Below, in pieces: positions 47,847 to 53,952 of a stretch of DNA of 53,952 bases. A program made the position numbers and the translations under genes. Location of the stretch: contig JAEOTM010000183.1 in the NCBI GenBank assembly GCA_016839815.1, forward strand, positions 1 through 53,952. Reading direction: 5' to 3'. Numbering within the stretch: the first letter of the stretch is position 1; the number at the start of each line of letters is the position of its first letter. The notes under the pieces are model-generated. The model made no database searches and was not told the DNA's origin. It saw only the letters and a list, made by a program, of their open reading frames with translations. The DNA comes from Candidatus Hodarchaeota archaeon. GTDB taxonomy: Archaea; Asgardarchaeota; Heimdallarchaeia; Hodarchaeales; Hodarchaeaceae.

Positions 47847-48636
47847 TACCGCTGATCCACGCGTCTTTATTCCTGGAGCAGAACCGTTATTTATCGAAGG
47901 GAATAAAATCGGTTGTTTACTACTCCATGGAGCGGGTGGTGGGACTGCATGGGATTTAAAGGAGTTTGCTCAATATATTCATCAAAATTTGGGTGCTACA
48001 GTATGGCTTCCATCCTTAAACGGATTTGGAACAAAACCCGAAGATCTTTTTGCAGTAACGTTTGACTCATGGATGACTGATGCACAAAATGGGTTGAAAC
48101 GTCTTCAAGATCATTGTGATAGAGTAACTGTAGTTGGACATTCTTTTGGAGGACTTTTAGGGCTCCTACTAGCTGCAAAAACTAGTGAAATATCTTGTAT
48201 GATTTCTTGGGCAGGAGTGTTTGACCTTAAAGATCGAAGACGGGCTGTAGTAGCCTCAATGTACAAAATACCCATCCTTCGAAAATTGATCCCTGAAAGA
48301 GTTTCAATGAACCTACCCGATGAACTTATTGAGCAAGGATGGGTAGGATATTCATGGATGCCCGTATCTATTATTCTTCCTATAACAGAGGGGATTAACC
48401 AAATTCATTCAATGATTTCTAAGGTTTCTTGTCCTACTTTCGTCATACAAGGAACATTAGATGAATCAATCACTGATAAAAGTCCCCATAAGATTTATCA
48501 ATCTATTAACTCTTCGCTTAAAGATATCTGGATAGTCGAAGGTGGTAAACATCCAATAATGCAGGATAAGCACATTAAGGAGGAGCTATTCAAACGATCT
48601 GTCCATTTTATTCAAAAATCACTCAATGACAACTAA
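47833..48636 (+). CDS. Carboxylesterase (Est/YvaK-like alpha/beta hydrolase); start codon unresolved
   Basis: VGHSFGG, QGTLD and GGKH. The frame stays open upstream of the track start (47989) to 47818 and encodes IPGAEPLFIEGNKIGCLLLHG. The listed start is a tentative in-frame ATA. Confidence 0.8.
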   Translation: MPSDNTADPRVFIPGAEPLFIEGNKIGCLLLHGAGGGTAWDLKEFAQYIHQNLGATVWLPSLNGFGTKPEDLFAVTFDSWMTDAQNGLKRLQDHCDRVTVVGHSFGGLLGLLLAAKTSEISCMISWAGVFDLKDRRRAVVASMYKIPILRKLIPERVSMNLPDELIEQGWVGYSWMPVSIILPITEGINQIHSMISKVSCPTFVIQGTLDESITDKSPHKIYQSINSSLKDIWIVEGGKHPIMQDKHIKEELFKRSVHFIQKSLNDN

Positions 48637-48649
48637 AGAAGTGTCGTTT

Positions 48650-49606
48650 TCATCTAAGGGTTCGTAAGGTTTCCTCTGTAGTATATTTGGGAGAAAACCC
48701 TTCATTCTGTAACTTGCTACTAGAAGCTACATAGGGACAAGCTACAAAGTCTAAGTATGAGGGGGGCACTTCTGACAAACGCACTTTCCATTGGAACCAT
48801 AATAACAATTTCAATATCCGTAATGGTATCCGTACTCCTCTTCCATTGAGTATATGAGGGATCTCACCTACAGTAACAGAATGAGCTGGAGTAGCATTGT
48901 AAGCTCCTTCTAAACGTTTGGAAATCATGGTATAGAAGGCTTGAATAGCATCATCAACATGCATGAATTGAATGGGAGTCTTTGAATTAGGATGAGGTAA
49001 TAAAAAGAATGTACGCCATCCTCCTTGCAATATTGTGGTAACAAAGCTATTTAGATCGGCAGAGAGGATAGGTGAAGGACGAATGCGGCCAATCTTCATA
49101 CGATTCCCATTTTTTCTTTCAAACTCGTCAATATATTGTTCCGCCAATAACTTATGGTAGGAATAATGGAACTTAGTGTTCCCTTGTAATGGATGATCTT
49201 CTGTCAATGGATTAGGGTTATGTTTATACGCTCCATAAGCAAGCGTGGAGGATGTATGTAGAAAATATTGTACTCCTGCAATCTGGGCTTGCTGTAAAAC
49301 ATGCTTAGTTCCATGGATATCAACATTATAGGCTTTTTTCACATTATGAGTGGGAGTAACTGTCCAGGCCATATGTATTATGTCGGTAACTCCATGTTGT
49401 TCTAAGATATCCGGAGTAAGAGCAAGAATATCCATAGGATAGTATTCAAAAAGAAAATTAATCTTAGGAACACGTTTTTTAACATCAAAACCAACAAGGA
49501 GATCACATTCTGGAAGATGCTCCCCTAGATATTGTAGAAGGTGTTGAGCTAAGTACCCTGCTGCACCAGTTACTGCTACGACTTTGGACATACTTTTGAC
49601 CTTCAT
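48650..49606 (-). CDS. NAD-dependent epimerase/dehydratase (extended SDR)
   Basis: VTGAAGYLA, IIHMA, TSSTLAYG and YSYHK (YxxxK). Confidence 0.92.
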   Translation of the reverse strand: MKVKSMSKVVAVTGAAGYLAQHLLQYLGEHLPECDLLVGFDVKKRVPKINFLFEYYPMDILALTPDILEQHGVTDIIHMAWTVTPTHNVKKAYNVDIHGTKHVLQQAQIAGVQYFLHTSSTLAYGAYKHNPNPLTEDHPLQGNTKFHYSYHKLLAEQYIDEFERKNGNRMKIGRIRPSPILSADLNSFVTTILQGGWRTFFLLPHPNSKTPIQFMHVDDAIQAFYTMISKRLEGAYNATPAHSVTVGEIPHILNGRGVRIPLRILKLLLWFQWKVRLSEVPPSYLDFVACPYVASSSKLQNEGFSPKYTTEETLRTLR

Positions 49607-49971
49607 CCGAGTTTTTTTTTCTTCTCTCTTAAATATTGCATTTGAAGATAACTGGTTAAAGGTTTCCTAAAAAAAATTCATGTACAGGGTTGTTCTTATT
49701 CATTTCACCCCATTACAATTGAAATTTGTTATTTTTCAACCTTCTACATTGGGAGAATTAGAGAATTTAATATTGTCATTATAATAACATTTCCGACAAA
49801 ACCTCGGTGTTAAGGAGTCTTTGAATAAAATTTCGTTTTGCGGAAATTCATTACGCTGCCATTAATAAAGGGCCATTCCTAATAACAGGCTTGTACTTTA
49901 ATTTAAAAATAACTCTAGAGAAGTTATTCGGAAATTGAATAAATTACGCTCATATCACCAATTCCAAATTA

Positions 49972-52900
49972 ATGTCCTTGGCAGGTTTAAAAGAAATGTA
50001 CGAAGTGGATGTTATTCGTGAATATATTAAAACTAATAAAATTACGCCTAAACGAGTTATGCAGCTTAGTTTGGGATTAATTTTTATAATGATTATGCTT
50101 AGTAGTACCGTAAGCGGTATTGCTTATCGAGCGGACACCTCAAGAGCGGTAGAAGCTCAAACAAAGAAAATGATCTATAGCTACGAGCTAGATGAAAGAA
50201 TAGCCGTTTTTTATACTGGAAACGATCCAGTTATCGCAGGTACCGCTATTTCTTTATATAATTCACTCAGATTAGTTTATAAATCAATAGATCTCATTCC
50301 TGTGGGAAATTTACAGGATATACGGTCAGTTAATGCACCAAGATATAGTATTGCAATATATGTCTTTGGTACGACACTAGAAGGGGTGATGATAGGAGAT
50401 CTGGTGAGTTGGAAGGAGTTTGCATCTTATCTAAAATCACACCCACAACAAGAGCACGTCTTAGGGATGGGAAATGCAAACCAGCTATACAAGTATTTAC
50501 CTCAGAAATATGTCCACAATGTTTGGATTGAAGGTACAGATATACTAGATGCACAAATGGTTTTTCTCTGGTGTATTTGGTCTGTAGCCGATATTTTGGA
50601 AACACATCATGAAGAATATACTGATTACTACAATGCTGGGCTTAACATCCGAAAACTCAGTATCAAATATTTCTCAGAAAACATCAACAGTCTGGTGGAG
50701 AGGAATTTTGAAGCACAAGACCCCATGGGAGAAGAGGATCTGGATCAAAAACAAGCACGTTATGATAAAATGAAAGAACGTTTTCCAGCCGAAATTAAAT
50801 CGAAATATACTTTAGAGCAGTTACGGGAGCTACCTGATGAAAATAAACCTGCCATGTACATAAAATCATCCACAGAAGAATCAGTTAGCATCGGTGACTT
50901 GATAATCGGCTTTTTACCACTTGAATCCGGTCTGCAAGGACCTATTGGAGGGATTATTGATTTATTACTTGATATATTCATTGGTATGGTGGGTGACGAG
51001 ATTAATCTCGGCGAAGATGCCATGGAACAAATTGAACTGGCATTTAAGGCCATCGAAGCTATCTTCGGTTTCTTCAGTGGTGAAGACATTTCTGTTGAAT
51101 CAGCTCTCTACGACCTATTTGTTTTGTTAGAAGACATGATTCCCTTCGCAGAAGAGTTGAAACCGTTCGTAGGGATTTTACTGAATTCTATACCTCTTTT
51201 ACGAGGTGATTTCTCGGCCATCAGTGACCTTATTGGTCAATTGTTGGATTTAATTATTCCAGAAGACTGGGGATGGTTTAAAACCATAATTAGTGAAATT
51301 CTGGACTTGTCAGTTGCATTAATCGATGAAATGAAAGAGGATGGAGGAAACTTCCTTGATGCATTACTATCAGTTATCAGCGAACGGTACCTCGATACTC
51401 TTATCTCACATTTCTTAGGCTTACTCGGTCTAGATGTAGGAGAAGTAACTGATTATATATCGGGAATAAGTACCCTATTGAAATCGATAATGGATTTCTT
51501 ATCCAGGGGAAATTTAAAAAATACTATTAAAGAATATTTACCACAGTTTATTGAATTCCTGTTTAACGCTATTGGAGGAGGTTCAGGCGCCGCAGTTGTA
51601 AGTACAGAAGATACACAAACTTGGGGGAAATTAATTGGAATTGTGGTTAATTTACTTATGTCTGCTATAGGCCTCACTGATGGCTCGGTAGCTGACGCCT
51701 TAGGTAAGGTACAGGATCTTCCAACAGAGGATAATCTTGCTAGTGTATTTGGATATCTACTCGAATTAATCGATGAACAGATTCCTGAAATAACTTATGC
51801 AGCAAACCAAATTCAAGAACTAATTCATAAAGTAAACATGGCTATATCTGAAGCAAAGGAAACAACAATGACTGATGTCAACACTTTTGTTTCAAACCTT
51901 GACACCACATTAGATACATTCAAATCCCAGACTGGATTCGAATTCCATAGTGATGGGACTAAAGATACACAAATTCAGGATATGATTGTGAAAGGTGCAA
52001 CAATGATTGCTGGGGCCATCAATGGAGACTTTACTAATAAAGACCAATTACCCAACCTTAATGCAACCATGGATCTCGTCATAACTGTTGCTGAATATAT
52101 GATGGGAGACATACCTGCCGAACAAGAGACAAAAATCAAGAAGGCGGTTAATAATATCGTTGCTATTATCGCAGTCATAAGTGACAAGGATGAGATTAAA
52201 CAATATATCAGTAGCACCATTGATCAATTTAAGCAACAATTTGCAGACCCAGCTACAGTCATAGATAACACAATCAATTTCCTATTATCAATGGCGAGTA
52301 GTCTAAGTATCGATACATCGATTCTTGAAAAAATCCGTACTTTCTCCGAAATGGGATCAGCTCTCTTTCAAATTATAATGTCAGCGAAGGATAACAGTAT
52401 TCAAGGAATTCTTCAAGGATTAATTCAGAATATCGGCATGAGTCTGATCAAAGAATTTGCTGGTATAGATATTTCATTTGTTAAGGACATCTTAGAGTTT
52501 ATATTCCCAAAGTTCTTTGGCAAAGAAACATCGGAACTTCCCACTGCACGAGAAATGATTACAAATCTATTAGGACAATTAGATCAAGTTCCCGGATTAG
52601 ACGGTGTTGTTAGTGGATTAGGGATACCTGGAATTAGTGGATTAAATGATCTAAAAGATGCTGTTGAAGGAATACTCGGTATAGTCTTTAATGCAAAGGA
52701 TATCTTCACAGATGGCCTTAGATGGCTCTTTGGGATGCTTATGGACTGGGTGGGTGGCCAAATCGAAATTCTAATTAACCAATTAATGACGGCAATTACC
52801 AGTGCTCTTGATAGCTCAGATTTGATTCCTCCTGAATGGTCGGGAAGTTTACCAGTAGGATTAGGAGGATTTAGCCTCTTTGAGATTGGAATTGAACTAG

Positions 52901-53952
52901 GATTATATCCTCATTTTGGATTCGATACTGATGCTTTTACCGATTGGATTCTCGAAATAGTTTTTGGAGGATTAAATCCATTTAGTGGTGGAATTGGTGA
53001 TTTCTTTTCGGAAATTTTCTCATTCTTCGAGCTAATACCTACATTTAAGGCAGGATTTGAGCTAGGCGGGTTTGGAACCGAAGAAAACCCGTTAATGGCA
53101 TTTTTACTTGAATCCCTAGGGCTGGAATTAGAGTTCTCTGGGAAAGGCTGGTTCGAACTTGAACTGTTTACGATAAAGGGTGGAGTATTTGATACTGATA
53201 ATTTCTTCAAGGTAATCGAGTGGGGATTCAGTTTCACAATAACTGTCTCCAGGACTATTACCTTACTCGACTTCTTAACAGGCGGGACCGCTGGTGCGCT
53301 GAATGCAGTTGGAGAGTATTTAGGTCTAGATGCAATTACTGTCACTGTATCATTTGGTATATTTGTAGAGGTTGTGAAGCGCGCAGCGTCTGCTACAGGT
53401 CCAGAAGAAGGATCATTCACTTTGAAAATTACCTTAGGTCTAGCAGTTCACTTTGGAATAGACCTGTTTATCGTAGGCATATCGTTTGACTTTTCCATGG
53501 AAATAATCCTGACGTTTTTCCAGGACTTGGTGAACCCGGTGCCGCTTAAGATTTTCTTAGAAATTATACTACGGTTCAGTGTGACGCTCACATTCCTATT
53601 TGCCGACTGGGAAATAGAATTTGAGTGGAAACCACTAGATCCGTCTCCCTTGGAGCTGACTCCGAGTGATCCGGAGGAGCAGAAAGATAGTGGAGCCATG
53701 GGCCTGGATGCTGATTCTGATGGAATCTCAGATGATGACGAATTAAAAACTCCAGGTCTTAATCCCTATTCTGAGGACACAGATGGCGATGGATTGACGG
53801 ATAAGTTTGAAACGCAAACTTCCAAGACTGATCCCATCTTACCTGACTCTGATTCAGATGGATTGGATGATTTTGTGGAATATCACAATACGAAGACCAA
53901 TCCTCTTCAACCAGATACCGATTGGGATGGATTGACTGACTACGAAGAGGCA
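49972..53952 (+). CDS. Very large secreted/surface protein with Ca-binding TSP3-like repeats (3' end runs off the window)
   Basis: Not in the track. The frame is open from ATG 49972 (alternatives 49996 and 50062) to the window end, at least 1327 codons. It has a signal-like LSLGLIFIMIMLSSTVSGIA and ends in DADSDGISD, DTDGDGLTD, DSDSDGLDD and DTDWDGLTD repeats. Confidence 0.9.
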   Translation, partial: MSLAGLKEMYEVDVIREYIKTNKITPKRVMQLSLGLIFIMIMLSSTVSGIAYRADTSRAVEAQTKKMIYSYELDERIAVFYTGNDPVIAGTAISLYNSLRLVYKSIDLIPVGNLQDIRSVNAPRYSIAIYVFGTTLEGVMIGDLVSWKEFASYLKSHPQQEHVLGMGNANQLYKYLPQKYVHNVWIEGTDILDAQMVFLWCIWSVADILETHHEEYTDYYNAGLNIRKLSIKYFSENINSLVERNFEAQDPMGEEDLDQKQARYDKMKERFPAEIKSKYTLEQLRELPDENKPAMYIKSSTEESVSIGDLIIGFLPLESGLQGPIGGIIDLLLDIFIGMVGDEINLGEDAMEQIELAFKAIEAIFGFFSGEDISVESALYDLFVLLEDMIPFAEELKPFVGILLNSIPLLRGDFSAISDLIGQLLDLIIPEDWGWFKTIISEILDLSVALIDEMKEDGGNFLDALLSVISERYLDTLISHFLGLLGLDVGEVTDYISGISTLLKSIMDFLSRGNLKNTIKEYLPQFIEFLFNAIGGGSGAAVVSTEDTQTWGKLIGIVVNLLMSAIGLTDGSVADALGKVQDLPTEDNLASVFGYLLELIDEQIPEITYAANQIQELIHKVNMAISEAKETTMTDVNTFVSNLDTTLDTFKSQTGFEFHSDGTKDTQIQDMIVKGATMIAGAINGDFTNKDQLPNLNATMDLVITVAEYMMGDIPAEQETKIKKAVNNIVAIIAVISDKDEIKQYISSTIDQFKQQFADPATVIDNTINFLLSMASSLSIDTSILEKIRTFSEMGSALFQIIMSAKDNSIQGILQGLIQNIGMSLIKEFAGIDISFVKDILEFIFPKFFGKETSELPTAREMITNLLGQLDQVPGLDGVVSGLGIPGISGLNDLKDAVEGILGIVFNAKDIFTDGLRWLFGMLMDWVGGQIEILINQLMTAITSALDSSDLIPPEWSGSLPVGLGGFSLFEIGIELGLYPHFGFDTDAFTDWILEIVFGGLNPFSGGIGDFFSEIFSFFELIPTFKAGFELGGFGTEENPLMAFLLESLGLELEFSGKGWFELELFTIKGGVFDTDNFFKVIEWGFSFTITVSRTITLLDFLTGGTAGALNAVGEYLGLDAITVTVSFGIFVEVVKRAASATGPEEGSFTLKITLGLAVHFGIDLFIVGISFDFSMEIILTFFQDLVNPVPLKIFLEIILRFSVTLTFLFADWEIEFEWKPLDPSPLELTPSDPEEQKDSGAMGLDADSDGISDDDELKTPGLNPYSEDTDGDGLTDKFETQTSKTDPILPDSDSDGLDDFVEYHNTKTNPLQPDTDWDGLTDYEEA
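53707..53952 (+). repeat. Protein-level DxDxDGLxDxxE...T/LxP repeats (bacterial TSP3 / binary-toxin-like Ca-binding type)
   Basis: Four repeats of about 22-23 aa are visible before the window ends. Confidence 0.85.

Noticed and set aside
19244-48178. Remaining short track ORFs nested in the dpp, permease, ligase and hydrolase genes
   Set aside because: They lie inside longer motif-bearing genes and are shadow ORFs.
50330-53699. Track ORFs at 50330, 50760, 50921, 51453, 51975, 52048, 52911, 53220 and 53448
   Set aside because: All are shadows of the single large plus-strand ORF starting at about 49972.
1-53952. CRISPR array, tRNA/rRNA, transposase or integrase
   Set aside because: No repeat-spacer periodicity, cloverleaf, GC-rich structured RNA or transposase/integrase motifs were seen by eye. 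A covariance-model scan was not possible.

Overview
AT-rich, gene-dense archaeal chromosomal region. An Asgard archaeon (Heimdallarchaeia/Hodarchaeales-like) is inferred from a longin-like membrane fusion, a Roc GTPase, a tandem Lrp-like regulator, a DGGGP-synthase-like UbiA protein and a PGF-type C-terminal anchor. I saw no rRNA, tRNA, CRISPR array or mobile element. Housekeeping content includes pyruvate kinase, a thiolase-fold/DUF35 pair, acetoacetate-CoA ligase, an expanded dipeptide/oligopeptide ABC cluster, several hydrolases, a nitroreductase and a ferredoxin. Three ORFs missing from the supplied track were found by manual translation. (1) A MinD/ParA ATPase fused to a Roc GTPase and COR domain runs off the left edge (<1..1738, minus). 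(2) A 55-aa signal-peptide plus Pro-rich peptide gene (6795..6962) lies divergent from a tandem wHTH regulator and upstream of a degenerate histidine-kinase-like gene; this is a candidate peptide-signalling locus. (3) A secreted protein of at least 1327 aa with amphipathic helices, an amphipathic beta-sheet region and Ca-binding repeats runs off the right edge. Other oddities are a DppC permease with an inserted FG-GAP repeat domain, a thiolase without its nucleophilic Cys, and an esterase whose conserved N-terminus has no canonical start codon. All family assignments come from motif recognition by eye; no database searches were run.
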